Positions 1-10,979 of a stretch of DNA of 64,000 nt are shown in pieces (within the stretch, counting starts at the first letter, position 1; the number at the start of each line of letters is the position of its first letter). Both the position numbers and the translations under genes were made by a program. Origin of the DNA: Escherichia coli (lineage in GTDB: Bacteria; Pseudomonadota; Gammaproteobacteria; Enterobacterales; Enterobacteriaceae); NCBI RefSeq assembly GCF_003790525.1, contig NZ_CP033635.1; one strand, written 5' to 3'. A model generated the notes under the pieces. The model made no database searches. It was not told the DNA's origin and was given only the letters and a program-made list of their open reading frames with translations.

Positions 1-128
1 ATGATGCGATCGCCTTCTTCAATCATATTGAAGTCAGCAATGGCTTCGCCCACGTTACGACGCAGACGTTTTTGTAATTTGTTCAGATTGTATTGTTCTT
101 TCTTACTAATTTCTTGATTTTGCGACAT
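1..128 (-). CDS. ttcA: tRNA 2-thiocytidine biosynthesis protein TtcA, N-terminal part only (gene runs off the window edge)
   Basis: Reverse complement of 1..128 translates [42 protein letters not shown], which I recognise as the TtcA N-terminus; start codon is complement of 126..128. Confidence 0.8.
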   Translation of the reverse strand, partial: MSQNQEISKKEQYNLNKLQKRLRRNVGEAIADFNMIEEGDRI

Positions 129-303
129 TTAAAAGCGACTCAATTCGTTATATGGCATCAGAAGAGTATGCGTCATGCCGGAACGCCCAGCATAAGAAAT
201 CTGATATAAAAACTGTGGCGTGTATGGTACGGATTAGAGGGGAAAATGTCAGCACATTTGCGAAATGAATCAAAAAGCCCGCAGCAATGTGCGGGCGTTA
301 GTG

Positions 304-819
<516 letters not shown>

Positions 820-842
820 TTAGATCAAAGGAGGAAGAATAA

Positions 843-871
843 GCAGAAAAAGCCCGCCATAACAGCGGGCA
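843..871 (-). terminator. intrinsic terminator downstream of ompN
   Basis: GC hairpin (gcccg...cgggc) followed on the minus strand by a U-run (plus-strand aaaaag), just past the ompN stop. Confidence 0.6.
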
Positions 872-878
872 GGAGGAT

Positions 879-1997
879 TTAGAACTGATAAACCAGACCT
901 AAAGCGACAATATCATCGGTAGAGATGCCGTTGGCAGCGTAGAAGCTGTCATCTTCATCCAACAGGTTGATTTTATAGTCAACGTAGGTGGACATATTTT
1001 TGTTGAAATAGTAAGTCGCGCCAACATCGGCGTATTTAACCAGATCTTTATCACCGTCGGTACCGACCAAATCCTTGCCTTTAGACATCAGGAAAGAGAC
1101 TGCCGGACGCAGCCCAAAATCGAACTGATACTGCGCAGTAACTTCAAAGTTCTGGGTTTTGTTGGCAATCGTATTTGTTGAATCACCGTAAGGTGTCATG
1201 TTACGCGTTTCAGAATACATGGTCGCCAGGTAGATATTGTTAGCATCGTATTTTGCCCCGGCAGTCCAGGCGTCAGCCTTATCGCCTTTTGCGGTAGAGA
1301 ATTCAGCCTGCTGGTTAGTGCGATCGGAGCTGGTATAGGCGGCACCAAAACTCATGCCCATACCTAAGTCGTAGGTAGTGGAGATGCCAAAACCGTCGCC
1401 ATTGGCGTTCTTAATGTTTCGATCACCACCGTTTGCGGTACCTTCTTGCTCATGGGTGACCTGGTTTTCATTCGCGCCCTGGTACTGTAACGCAAAATTC
1501 AGACCATCAACCAGACCGAAGAAATCAGTATTACGATAGGTTGCTACGCCATTGGCTCGACCGGTCATATAGTTATCGGCTTTGGTATAAGAGTCACCAC
1601 CGAATTCCGGTAGCATATCGGTCCAGCCTTCGATGTCGTACATTACGCCATAATTACGACCATAGTCGAATGAACCCAGGTCACCAAATTTCAGACCGGC
1701 AAAAGCAAGACGAGTCCAGGAATCACCTTTATCACCTTCAGAGCCATTAGCCTGCACGTTATATTCCCACTGGCCATACCCAACCAGTTGATCCGTGATT
1801 TGCGTTTCACCCTTAAAACCAAAACGCACGTAAGTTTGATCACCATCACTATTGGTATTATCAGAAAAATAATGCAGGCCATCAACTTTGCCATACAGAT
1901 CTAATTTGTTGCCGTCTTTATTATAAACTTCGGCTGCATGTGCAGCACCTGCGGCGAGCAGGGCAGGAATTAAAAGTGCCAGAACTTTGCTTTTCAT
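879..1997 (-). CDS. ompN: outer membrane porin N
   Basis: 372-aa ORF with signal peptide [21 protein letters not shown] and general-porin C-terminus ending in F; position between uspF and ydbK as in K-12. Confidence 0.9.
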   Translation of the reverse strand: MKSKVLALLIPALLAAGAAHAAEVYNKDGNKLDLYGKVDGLHYFSDNTNSDGDQTYVRFGFKGETQITDQLVGYGQWEYNVQANGSEGDKGDSWTRLAFAGLKFGDLGSFDYGRNYGVMYDIEGWTDMLPEFGGDSYTKADNYMTGRANGVATYRNTDFFGLVDGLNFALQYQGANENQVTHEQEGTANGGDRNIKNANGDGFGISTTYDLGMGMSFGAAYTSSDRTNQQAEFSTAKGDKADAWTAGAKYDANNIYLATMYSETRNMTPYGDSTNTIANKTQNFEVTAQYQFDFGLRPAVSFLMSKGKDLVGTDGDKDLVKYADVGATYYFNKNMSTYVDYKINLLDEDDSFYAANGISTDDIVALGLVYQF

Positions 1998-2224
1998 TGA
2001 ATAAATCCTTTAGTTATTTTATTTGCCTTTTATCCCCATTTCGGGGAGTGAAAACATCCTAAAGGAGAAGTTCAGTTAGCCGATAAATATCATTTGTTAC
2101 GCCTTAAGTAAAACCTTAATCAAATAATTCCTCTGAAATGATAATAAGTCTGGTGAATGTATCGAAGATAATACATACAAAATAAAAATTATACTTTTAA
2201 TTTGCTATACGTTATTCTTCGCGG

Positions 2225-2333
2225 GTTATATGCCTTTATTGTCACAGATTTTATTTTCTGTTGGGCCATTGCATTGCCACTGATTTTCCAACATATAAAA
2301 AGACAAGCCCGAACAGTCGTCCGGGCTTTTTTT
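2225..2333 (+). ncRNA. micC: MicC small regulatory RNA (represses ompC)
   Basis: Sequence gttatatgcctttattgtcacagattttattttctg...gcccgaacagtcgtccgggctttttttt matches MicC as I remember it, including the terminator hairpin and T-run; lies in the ompN–ydbK intergenic region. Confidence 0.88.
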
Positions 2334-2362
2334 TAGAATTGGATAATCCTTATCCAGAGCAT

Positions 2363-5300
2363 TTAATCGGTGTTGCTTTTTTCCGCTTTTCCGGCCATTT
2401 GTGCCAGGAAGTCATAGCGTTTTTGCAAATCAGCTGCAGCATCTTTCCATAACTGTTCTGCCACTTCTGGCTGCTGCGAATTCAGACGACGGAAACGTTG
2501 CTCATGAAGTAACGTTTCTTCCAGTGCTTCTGACGGCGGGCGTGAATCCAGTGCCAGCGGCAGTTTGCCTTCATCGGCTCGACGTGGATCAAAGCGATAT
2601 AGCGGCCAGAAGCCGGTAGCAGTGAGTTGGCGCATCTGGTCGTGGCTGAGAGCCAGATCGTAACCATGCTCTTCACACGGGCTATAAGCAATGATCAGCG
2701 ATGGTCCCGGATACGCTTCCGCTTCCTGAATCGCTTTCACCGTCTGGTTCAGCTGCGCGCCGAGAGAAATCTGCGCCACATAAACATGACCGTACATCAT
2801 CATACTGACGCCAAGATCTTTACGCGCTTTACGTTTGCCGTGCTCGCCGAACTTAGTTACTGCACCCAGCGGTGTCGCTTTCGACGCCTGACCACCAGTG
2901 TTGGAATAGCATTGCGTATCCAGCACCAGAATGTTGACGTTTTCCGTCAGGCTCAATACATGATCCAGACCGCCAAAGCCAATATCGTAAGCCCAGCCAT
3001 CGCCACCAATCAGCCAGATTGATTTTTCCACCAGAGCATCTGCGTCACGCAGCAGTTCATGTGCTTCGGCAACATCGTTGAGTTGCTGGCGTAAAGCTGC
3101 AACCTGTTCACGACGAATCTCTGGCGTAGCGTCTGATTTCAACGCAGTCAGTAATTCCGCCGGGATTTTATCGGCAAATTGATCCAGCAGACGCAGCACG
3201 CGGACACGGTGTTGATCGACCGTAAGGCGGAAACCAAGGCCGAATTCGGCGTTATCTTCAAACAGCGAGTTCGCCCATGCCGGTCCACGACCGTTGGCAT
3301 CAGTGGTATATGGTGTGGAGGGCAGGTTACCACCATAAATTGAAGAACAACCCGTAGCGTTAGCGATCAACATCCGATCGCCATAGAGCTGAGTCAGCAA
3401 TTTAATATACGGCGTCTCGCCACAACCGGAGCAAGCACCGGAATATTCAAACAGCGGTGTAATCAGCTGTGATGTACGAATATCAATACGTTCCAGTTTG
3501 CTACGGTCGATTTCTGGCAGGTTGAGGAAGAAATCGTAATTGATTTTCTCTTCTTCGACATGTTCCAGCCGCGACATCATATTGATGGCTTTAATCTCTG
3601 GATTCTGACGGTCTTTCGCCGGGCAAACTTCGACGCACAGGTTACAACCGGTGCAATCTTCCGGAGCCACCTGCAAGACATATTTCTGCCCGCGCATATC
3701 ACGCGATTTCACATCCAGCGAATGCAGGCTGGCAGGGGCGTTTTCCATCGCTTCAGGCGGTACCACTTTTGCGCGAATAGCTGAGTGTGGGCAAGCAGCG
3801 ACGCAGTGGTTACATTGGGTACAGAGTTCCTCTTTCCAGATGGGGATCTCTTCGGCGATATTGCGTTTTTCCCAGCGCGTGGTGCCCATCGGCCAGGTGC
3901 CGTCTGGCGGCAGCGCCGAAACGGGGAGGGCATCACCAAGCCCGGCGAGCATCGCCGCGGTTACGGTTTTCACGAAATCAGGGGCGGCATCGGAAACCAC
4001 TGGCGGTCGATTGGCGCTGTGCGGATTTACTGGTTGCAGCGGAACTTCTTCTACGGATTCACGTGCCAGCGCCAGAGCCTGCCAGTTGCGCTCCACCAGA
4101 TCCTGACCTTTGCTACTGTAACTTTTGGCAATCGCACCCTGCAATTCTGCGAGGGCGCTATCGCCAGGCAGAATTTGCGTCAGATGGAAAAAAGCCATCT
4201 GCATGACGGTATTAATTCGGGCCGCCAGGCCACATTCGCGGGCGATTTTCGCCGCGTTAATCACATAGAAGCGCGCTTTTTTCTGGTTTAACACGGCCTG
4301 AACTTCCTGCGGCAAGCGCGACCACACTTCATCTGCGCTGTACGGCGTGTTGAGCAGGAAAATGCCGCCAGGTTTTAAACGCTCAACCATCTGATATTTG
4401 TCGATAAACTGCAACTGGTGGCAGCCAACAAAATCAGCCTGGGAAATCAGATAAGCGGAACGAATCGGCTGCTCGCTCACGCGAAGGTGAGAAACCGTCA
4501 GGCCGCCCGCCTTTTTGGAGTCGTAAACAAAATAGCCCTGTGCGTACCACGGCGTGGAATTACCGATAATCTTGATATTGTTTTTGGTCGCGGAAACGCT
4601 GCCATCACTACCAAGGCCATAAAACAAGGCTTCAAGTTTCGCCGAGTTTGGCAGGGTGTTTTCCGGCAACGGCAGTGACAGATTGGTCACATCATCGTAA
4701 ATACCAACCGTAAAGCGCGCTTTCGGTTTAGCCGCGTTGAGCTCGGCAAATACCGCCAGTACACAGTCCGGGCCAAATTCTTTGGATGAAAGACCATAGC
4801 GCCCACCAATGACACGGGGCAGGGTTTCGCGCTCGCCATTATTAAAGGCTTCTGCCAGTGCGGTCATCACATCCAGATAGAGCGGTTCTGCCTGGGCACC
4901 GGGTTCTTTGGTTCTGTCCAGTACCGCCACGCTGCGTACGGATCCCGGCAGAGCTTGTAGCAAGTGTTTGGCGGAGAAGGGACGGTACAGGCGAACTTTC
5001 AGCACGCCGACTTTTTCGCCACGGGTTAGCAATTCATCAACCACTTCTTCACAGGTGCCAATGGCTGAGCCCATCAGGATAATCACCCGTTCCGCTTGCG
5101 GATGCCCATAATACTCAAATGGCTGATACTGACGACCTGTCGCGGCAGCGAAATCATTCATCGCCTGTTCAACATGGTCATAGACCGCGTTGTACCAGGG
5201 GTTGGTGGCTTCGCGAGACTGGAAATAAGTGTCAGGATTGGCGGACGTACCGCGGATCACCGGATGTTCCGGGTTGAGCGCCCGGGCGCGATGAGCATCA

Positions 5301-5887
5301 ATTTCGGCCTGCGGCATGAGATCAAGAATAGTGTCATCGGCCAGCGGGACAATTTTATTGATTTCGTGGGACGTGCGGAAACCATCAAAGAAATGAATAA
5401 ATGGCACGCGGCTCTTCAGCGTTGCGATGTGCGAAATGAGAGCAAAGTCTTGCGCTTCCTGGACGTTAGCCGCACACAACATCGCGCAACCCGTCTGGCG
5501 CACCGCCATAACGTCGGAATGATCGCCAAAAATAGAGAGTGCATGTGTGGCAACGGTACGTGCCGCTACATGCAGGACAAACGGTGTGAGTTCGCCTGCC
5601 AGTTTGTACAGCGTCGGGATCATCAGCAGCAAACCCTGCGATGACGTAAACGATGTTGAAAGGGCACCCGTCTGCAAAGCGCCATGCACGGTAGCGATAG
5701 CACCCGCTTCCGACTGCATTTCAACCACGCGTGGTGTGTCTCCCCAAACGTTCTTCAAGCCGTTTCCGGCCCAGGCATCAGCCTGTTCTGCCATCGTGGA
5801 ACTGGGGGTAATAGGGTAGATGGCGATAACTTCACTGGTGCGAAACGCCACCGAAGCAACCGCGCCATTACCGTCAATAGTAATCAT
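2363..5887 (-). CDS. ydbK: pyruvate:flavodoxin/ferredoxin oxidoreductase (PFOR, NifJ-like)
   Basis: 1174-aa ORF; two ferredoxin-type 4Fe-4S motifs visible (CTQCNHCVAACP, CTGCNLCVEVCP); TPP-binding C-terminal region. Confidence 0.93.
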   Translation of the reverse strand: MITIDGNGAVASVAFRTSEVIAIYPITPSSTMAEQADAWAGNGLKNVWGDTPRVVEMQSEAGAIATVHGALQTGALSTSFTSSQGLLLMIPTLYKLAGELTPFVLHVAARTVATHALSIFGDHSDVMAVRQTGCAMLCAANVQEAQDFALISHIATLKSRVPFIHFFDGFRTSHEINKIVPLADDTILDLMPQAEIDAHRARALNPEHPVIRGTSANPDTYFQSREATNPWYNAVYDHVEQAMNDFAAATGRQYQPFEYYGHPQAERVIILMGSAIGTCEEVVDELLTRGEKVGVLKVRLYRPFSAKHLLQALPGSVRSVAVLDRTKEPGAQAEPLYLDVMTALAEAFNNGERETLPRVIGGRYGLSSKEFGPDCVLAVFAELNAAKPKARFTVGIYDDVTNLSLPLPENTLPNSAKLEALFYGLGSDGSVSATKNNIKIIGNSTPWYAQGYFVYDSKKAGGLTVSHLRVSEQPIRSAYLISQADFVGCHQLQFIDKYQMVERLKPGGIFLLNTPYSADEVWSRLPQEVQAVLNQKKARFYVINAAKIARECGLAARINTVMQMAFFHLTQILPGDSALAELQGAIAKSYSSKGQDLVERNWQALALARESVEEVPLQPVNPHSANRPPVVSDAAPDFVKTVTAAMLAGLGDALPVSALPPDGTWPMGTTRWEKRNIAEEIPIWKEELCTQCNHCVAACPHSAIRAKVVPPEAMENAPASLHSLDVKSRDMRGQKYVLQVAPEDCTGCNLCVEVCPAKDRQNPEIKAINMMSRLEHVEEEKINYDFFLNLPEIDRSKLERIDIRTSQLITPLFEYSGACSGCGETPYIKLLTQLYGDRMLIANATGCSSIYGGNLPSTPYTTDANGRGPAWANSLFEDNAEFGLGFRLTVDQHRVRVLRLLDQFADKIPAELLTALKSDATPEIRREQVAALRQQLNDVAEAHELLRDADALVEKSIWLIGGDGWAYDIGFGGLDHVLSLTENVNILVLDTQCYSNTGGQASKATPLGAVTKFGEHGKRKARKDLGVSMMMYGHVYVAQISLGAQLNQTVKAIQEAEAYPGPSLIIAYSPCEEHGYDLALSHDQMRQLTATGFWPLYRFDPRRADEGKLPLALDSRPPSEALEETLLHEQRFRRLNSQQPEVAEQLWKDAAADLQKRYDFLAQMAGKAEKSNTD

Positions 5888-6160
5888 ATGACACCCTTAC
5901 ATTGCGCAAATGAGGGGCGCACGAAATTGCTGCGCGCCCAGTAGTTATCTTTCAATTTTAGCAAATGGCTTTCTTCTGCATTTTCGCTTTTGTGTCCCCC
6001 ACATCAGCGTAATGAATGTTTTGATCAAACAGAGGGCAAAAAAATAGCCATAAAAAAGTAAAAATGCGGGGCAACGCGCAGGACAGCTCTCGACGCCGCC
6101 CTCTGTGCTGCCTATTATTTATGGCGGTGTCGTTTGGCTTGAAGATCAGAGGAAGAAAAG

Positions 6161-6427
6161 ATGCGAGCAGCGTTTTGGGTAGGGTGTGCCGCTTTATTAT
6201 TGTCGGCGTGTAGTAGTGAACCTGTTCAGCAGGCGACTGCGGCGCACGTAGCGCCAGGTTTAAAAGCGTCGATGTCCAGTAGTGGAGAAGCAAATTGTGC
6301 AATGATCGGCGGTTCGCTTTCTGTTGCCCGTCAACTGGATGGTACGGCGATTGGGATGTGTGCATTACCCAACGGCAAACGCTGTAGCGAACAGTCACTT
6401 GCCGCCGGGAGCTGTGGCAGCTATTAA
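6161..6427 (+). CDS. ydbJ: small lipoprotein (DUF333 family)
   Basis: 88-aa ORF with lipobox LLLSACSS; divergent from ydbK, convergent with hslJ. Confidence 0.8.
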   Translation: MRAAFWVGCAALLLSACSSEPVQQATAAHVAPGLKASMSSSGEANCAMIGGSLSVARQLDGTAIGMCALPNGKRCSEQSLAAGSCGSY

Positions 6428-6846
6428 TTCATTAAATCCGCCAGCTTATAAGTTAATGTCTGTTTCGCGGTCGCCAGCGTTAACTGGTTCGCGGTCAGAT
6501 CCACTTGTGCACCTTCTTTCAGCATTTCGCTAATGGTGTTATCGAGTTCATTAAGCTGCGGGTTAGCGCACATCATACGGGTCATTGCCAGTCCTTTGGC
6601 TGTCAGTTCACCATTAGACAGTTTGCCTTCACCGCTAAAGCGGTTACACATGCTGCCGGAAATCATCATCTTTTCACCAAAGCTGATTTCTGGCGGATTT
6701 TTATCGCTGGTCACGGGCTTACCGTTTACGCTTTCCAGCACAAAGCGATGATGCTGTAGCTGTTCTGGGGTTACAGCAATTTTGTCATTACTTACACATC
6801 CCGCCATCAGCAGGCTTAGCGCAACAAACGCGGCTACTTTCTTCAT
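6424..6846 (-). CDS. hslJ: heat-shock lipoprotein HslJ
   Basis: ORF track 6424..6858; likely start at MKKVAAFVALSLLMAGC (lipobox) giving 140 aa. Confidence 0.85.
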   Translation of the reverse strand: MKKVAAFVALSLLMAGCVSNDKIAVTPEQLQHHRFVLESVNGKPVTSDKNPPEISFGEKMMISGSMCNRFSGEGKLSNGELTAKGLAMTRMMCANPQLNELDNTISEMLKEGAQVDLTANQLTLATAKQTLTYKLADLMN

Positions 6847-6924
6847 TGTGGTTCTCAATTACAGTTTCTGACTCAGGACTATTTTAAGAATAGAGGATGA
6901 AAGGTCTTTGGGGATTATCTGAAT

Positions 6925-6950
6925 AAGCTCCCCTGGAATGCAGGGGAGCG
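6925..6950 (-). terminator. putative terminator hairpin downstream of ldhA
   Basis: Perfect 9-bp stem gctcccctg / caggggagc with 5-nt loop; U-rich stretch follows on the minus strand. Confidence 0.5.
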
Positions 6951-6956
6951 GCAAGA

Positions 6957-7946
6957 TTAAACCAGTTCGTTCGGGCAGGTTTCGCCTTTTTCCAGATTGC
7001 TTAAGTTTTGCAGCGTAGTCTGAGAAATACTGGTCAGTGCTTCTGCTGTCAGGAATGCCTGGTGCCCGGTAAACAGCACGTTGTGGCAGGCAGACAGACG
7101 ACGGAATACGTCATCCTGGATCACGTCGTTGGATTTGTCTTCAAAGAACAGATCGCGTTCGTTCTCATACACGTCCATACCCAACGAACCAATTTTCTGA
7201 TTTTTCAGCGCTTCAATTGCTGCCTGAGAATTAATCAATGCACCGCGACTGGTATTGACGATCATCACGCCATTTTTCATCTGATCGAAGGCGGCTTCGT
7301 TCAACAGATGATAGTTTTCCGGTGTCAGCGGGCAGTGCAGAGAGATAACGTCTGATTCAGAGAACAGGGTTGGCAGATCGACATACTCCACACCGAGTTC
7401 CAGCGCCGCCGCACTTGGATACGGATCGAACGCCAGCAGACGCATACCAAAACCTTTCAGAATGCGCAGCATCGCCACACCGATTTTACCAGTACCGATA
7501 ACGCCTGCCGTTTTGCCATACATAGTAAAGCCGGTCAGACCTTCCAGAGAGAAGTTGGCGTCACGGGTACGCTGATACGCGCGGTGAATACGGCGGTTCA
7601 GCGTCATCATCATACCGATGGCATGTTCAGCAACGGCTTCTGGATCATAGGCTGGAACACGGACTACTTTCAGCCCCAGTTCTTTTGCCGCGTCAAGGTC
7701 GACGTTATTGAAACCGGCACAGCGCAGGGCGATATATTTAACGCCGTGCTTTTTCAGCTCTTCCAGCACCGGGCGGCTGCCGTCATCGTTTACGAAAATA
7801 CATACCGCTTCGCAGCCATTGGCAGTTTTAGCGGTTTTTTCCGTCAGCAGAAAGTCAAAAAATTCCAGCTCAAAGCCAAAGGACTCGTTCACCTGTTGCA
7901 GGTACTTCTTGTCGTACTGTTTTGTGCTATAAACGGCGAGTTTCAT
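6957..7946 (-). CDS. ldhA: fermentative D-lactate dehydrogenase (NAD-dependent)
   Basis: 329-aa ORF starting MKLAVYSTKQYDKKYLQQVNE; 2-hydroxyacid dehydrogenase family with NAD-binding GxGxxG (GTGKIG). Confidence 0.93.
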   Translation of the reverse strand: MKLAVYSTKQYDKKYLQQVNESFGFELEFFDFLLTEKTAKTANGCEAVCIFVNDDGSRPVLEELKKHGVKYIALRCAGFNNVDLDAAKELGLKVVRVPAYDPEAVAEHAIGMMMTLNRRIHRAYQRTRDANFSLEGLTGFTMYGKTAGVIGTGKIGVAMLRILKGFGMRLLAFDPYPSAAALELGVEYVDLPTLFSESDVISLHCPLTPENYHLLNEAAFDQMKNGVMIVNTSRGALINSQAAIEALKNQKIGSLGMDVYENERDLFFEDKSNDVIQDDVFRRLSACHNVLFTGHQAFLTAEALTSISQTTLQNLSNLEKGETCPNELV

Positions 7947-8153
7947 AAGACTTTCTCCAGTGATGTTGAATCACATTTAAGCTACTAAAAATATTTTACA
8001 AAATTTCAAATATAATTGAAAGCTATGGCGATATTGAAAAATTCATCAACAACTATGCTTAGTGTAGGCGCAACCTTCAACTGAACGGTTAAACATGCCA
8101 CAATACCCGTATTGAATGCTTAATTTTTCGCTAAATCAGGATATTAACTACCC

Positions 8154-10793
8154 ATGCTGGGTAAATATAAAGCCGTTCTCGCGCTGTTATTACTGATTAT
8201 TCTTGTGCCGTTGACGCTGCTGATGACGCTCGGGCTGTGGGTTCCTACGCTGGCGGGCATCTGGCTACCGCTCGGGACACGTATTGCATTAGATGAAAGC
8301 CCACGCATTACGCGTAAAGGTTTAATCATTCCCGATCTCCGTTATCTGGTGGGAGATTGTCAGCTTGCGCATATCACCAACGCCAGCCTTTCACATCCCA
8401 GCCGCTGGTTATTGAACGTCGGCACGGTAGAACTTGATTCTGCTTGTCTGGCGAAATTGCCGCAGACGGAGCAATCGCCAGCCGCTCCAAAAACCCTCGC
8501 GCAGTGGCAGGCCATGTTGCCTAACACCTGGATCAATATCGATAAACTGATTTTTTCTCCCTGGCAGGAATGGCAGGGAAAACTCTCTCTCGCATTAACC
8601 TCCGATATCCAGCAACTGCGTTATCAGGGCGAAAAAGTTAAATTTCAAGGCCAGCTGAAAGGGCAACAACTTACAGTCAGCGAACTGGATGTCGTCGCGT
8701 TTGAAAATCAGCCGCCGGTTAAACTGGTGGGGGAATTTACTATGCCGCTCGTGCCGGATGGACTTCCGGTAAGTGGGCATGCTACTGCGACGTTAAACTT
8801 GCCGCAGGAACCGTCACTGGTGGATGCAGAGCTGGACTGGCAGGAAAATAGCGGGCAATTGATCGTGCTGGCACGGGATAACGGCGATCCGTTGCTCGAT
8901 TTGCCGTGGCAAATTACTCGTCAACAATTGACCGTAAGCGATGGTCGCTGGAGCTGGCCGTATGCAGGTTTTCCTTTGAGTGGCCGACTGGGTGTCAAAG
9001 TCGACAACTGGCAGGCAGGGCTCGAGAACGCTCTGGTCAGCGGACGACTGAGTGTGCTGACCCAGGGGCAAGCGGGTAAGGGCAACGCGGTGCTTAATTT
9101 TGGCCCAGGAAAATTAAGCATGGATAACAGCCAGCTGCCTATGCAACTGACCGGTGAAGCGAAACAGGCGGACCTCATTTTATATGCCCGTTTACCTGCG
9201 CAGCTAAGTGGAAGTCTGTCTGACCCAACGTTGACCTTTGAGCCAGGCGCGTTACTTCGTTCAAAGGGAAGAGTCATTGATTCGCTGGACATCGATGAAA
9301 TCCGCTGGCCTTTAGCGGGTGTAAAAGTCACCCAACGTGGTATTGACGGACGTTTGCAGGCCATTTTGCAGGCGCATGAAAATGAACTGGGCGATTTCGT
9401 GCTGCATATGGATGGACTGGCGAATGATTTTCTCCCTGACGCTGGCCGCTGGCAGTGGCGCTACTGGGGAAAAGGCAGTTTTACACCGATGAATGCCACC
9501 TGGGATGTCGCAGGAAAGGGTGAGTGGCATGACAGCACGATTACGCTGACCGATCTCTCCACCGGTTTCGACCAGTTACAATACGGTACGATGACGGTAG
9601 AAAAGCCGCGACTAATTCTCGACAAGCCCGTCGTCTGGGTACGTGACGCACAGCATCCCTCCTTTAGCGGCGCGCTGTCACTGGACGCCGGGCAAACGCT
9701 GTTCACTGGCGGCAGTGTGTTACCGCCATCGACCTTAAAATTTAGCGTCGATGGACGCGATCCGACGTATTTCCTCTTTAAAGGCGATTTACATGCTGGT
9801 GAGATTGGCCCGGTTCGGGTAAATGGTCGCTGGGACGGTATTCGTCTGCGCGGTAACGCCTGGTGGCCTAAACAATCACTGACCGTATTCCAGCCGCTGG
9901 TGCCACCCGACTGGAAGATGAACTTACGCGATGGCGAACTATATGCCCAGGTCGCATTTTCTGCTGCGCCTGAACAAGGATTCCGCGCGGGAGGGCACGG
10001 CGTGTTGAAAGGCGGTAGTGCCTGGATGCCAGATAATCAGGTTAACGGTGTCGATTTTGTCCTGCCTTTCCGTTTTGCCGATGGAGCCTGGCATCTGGGG
10101 ACTCGCGGCCCCGTTACGTTGCGAATTGCCGAAGTGATTAATCTGGTGACAGCGAAAAATATTACGGCTGATTTGCAAGGGCGTTATCCGTGGAGTGAAG
10201 ACGAACCATTGTTGTTGACCGATGTTAGCGTCGATGTGTTAGGCGGTAACGTGCTGATGAAACAATTACGTATGCCGCAACATGACCCGGCGCTGTTGCG
10301 GCTGAATAATCTTTCCTCCAGCGAACTGGTTAGCGCCGTCAATCCGAAACAATTCGCCATGTCCGGGGCATTTAGTGGTGCATTGCCGTTATGGCTAAAC
10401 AACGAAAAATGGATAGTGAAAGATGGTTGGCTGGCAAATAGCGGGCCAATGACCTTGCGGCTGGATAAAGACACCGCAGATGCGGTGGTGAAAGACAATA
10501 TGACTGCGGGTTCAGCAATTAACTGGTTGCGCTATATGGAAATTAGCCGTTCATCGACAAAAATTAATTTAGATAATCTCGGTTTATTAACCATGCAGGC
10601 CAACATTACAGGTACCAGTCGCGTTGATGGTAAAAGCGGTACGGTAAATCTTAATTACCATCATGAAGAGAATATTTTTACGCTGTGGCGCAGTTTACGC
10701 TTTGGCGATAATCTCCAGGCATGGTTGGAGCAGAACGCACGTCTGCCGGGAAATGACTGTCCGCAAGGAAAAGAGTGTGAGGAAAAACAATGA
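8154..10793 (+). CDS. ydbH: AsmA-family inner-membrane-anchored protein (TamB/YhdP paralogue)
   Basis: 879-aa ORF with N-terminal TM anchor (MLGKYKAVLALLLLIILVPLTLLM); 4-nt ATGA overlap with ynbE. Confidence 0.88.
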   Translation: MLGKYKAVLALLLLIILVPLTLLMTLGLWVPTLAGIWLPLGTRIALDESPRITRKGLIIPDLRYLVGDCQLAHITNASLSHPSRWLLNVGTVELDSACLAKLPQTEQSPAAPKTLAQWQAMLPNTWINIDKLIFSPWQEWQGKLSLALTSDIQQLRYQGEKVKFQGQLKGQQLTVSELDVVAFENQPPVKLVGEFTMPLVPDGLPVSGHATATLNLPQEPSLVDAELDWQENSGQLIVLARDNGDPLLDLPWQITRQQLTVSDGRWSWPYAGFPLSGRLGVKVDNWQAGLENALVSGRLSVLTQGQAGKGNAVLNFGPGKLSMDNSQLPMQLTGEAKQADLILYARLPAQLSGSLSDPTLTFEPGALLRSKGRVIDSLDIDEIRWPLAGVKVTQRGIDGRLQAILQAHENELGDFVLHMDGLANDFLPDAGRWQWRYWGKGSFTPMNATWDVAGKGEWHDSTITLTDLSTGFDQLQYGTMTVEKPRLILDKPVVWVRDAQHPSFSGALSLDAGQTLFTGGSVLPPSTLKFSVDGRDPTYFLFKGDLHAGEIGPVRVNGRWDGIRLRGNAWWPKQSLTVFQPLVPPDWKMNLRDGELYAQVAFSAAPEQGFRAGGHGVLKGGSAWMPDNQVNGVDFVLPFRFADGAWHLGTRGPVTLRIAEVINLVTAKNITADLQGRYPWSEDEPLLLTDVSVDVLGGNVLMKQLRMPQHDPALLRLNNLSSSELVSAVNPKQFAMSGAFSGALPLWLNNEKWIVKDGWLANSGPMTLRLDKDTADAVVKDNMTAGSAINWLRYMEISRSSTKINLDNLGLLTMQANITGTSRVDGKSGTVNLNYHHEENIFTLWRSLRFGDNLQAWLEQNARLPGNDCPQGKECEEKQ

Positions 10794-10975
10794 AAATTTT
10801 ACTGGCTGCGTTGACGTCATCTTTTATGCTGGTTGGCTGTACGCCTCGCATTGAAGTCGCTGCCCCTAAGGAACCGATCACTATCAATATGAACGTTAAA
10901 ATTGAGCATGAGATCATCATCAAGGCAGACAAAGATGTCGAAGAGCTGCTTGAGACCCGTAGCGATCTTTTTTGA
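10790..10975 (+). CDS. ynbE: small lipoprotein YnbE
   Basis: 61-aa ORF with lipobox (MLVGCTP); start overlaps the ydbH stop. Confidence 0.85.
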   Translation: MKILLAALTSSFMLVGCTPRIEVAAPKEPITINMNVKIEHEIIIKADKDVEELLETRSDLF

Positions 10976-10979
10976 GGTG

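Noticed and set aside
2401-5944. Numerous 60–180 aa ORFs on the plus strand within 2401..5944
   Set aside because: All lie antisense to or out of frame within the 1174-codon ydbK ORF; none has its own intergenic space or a recognisable domain.
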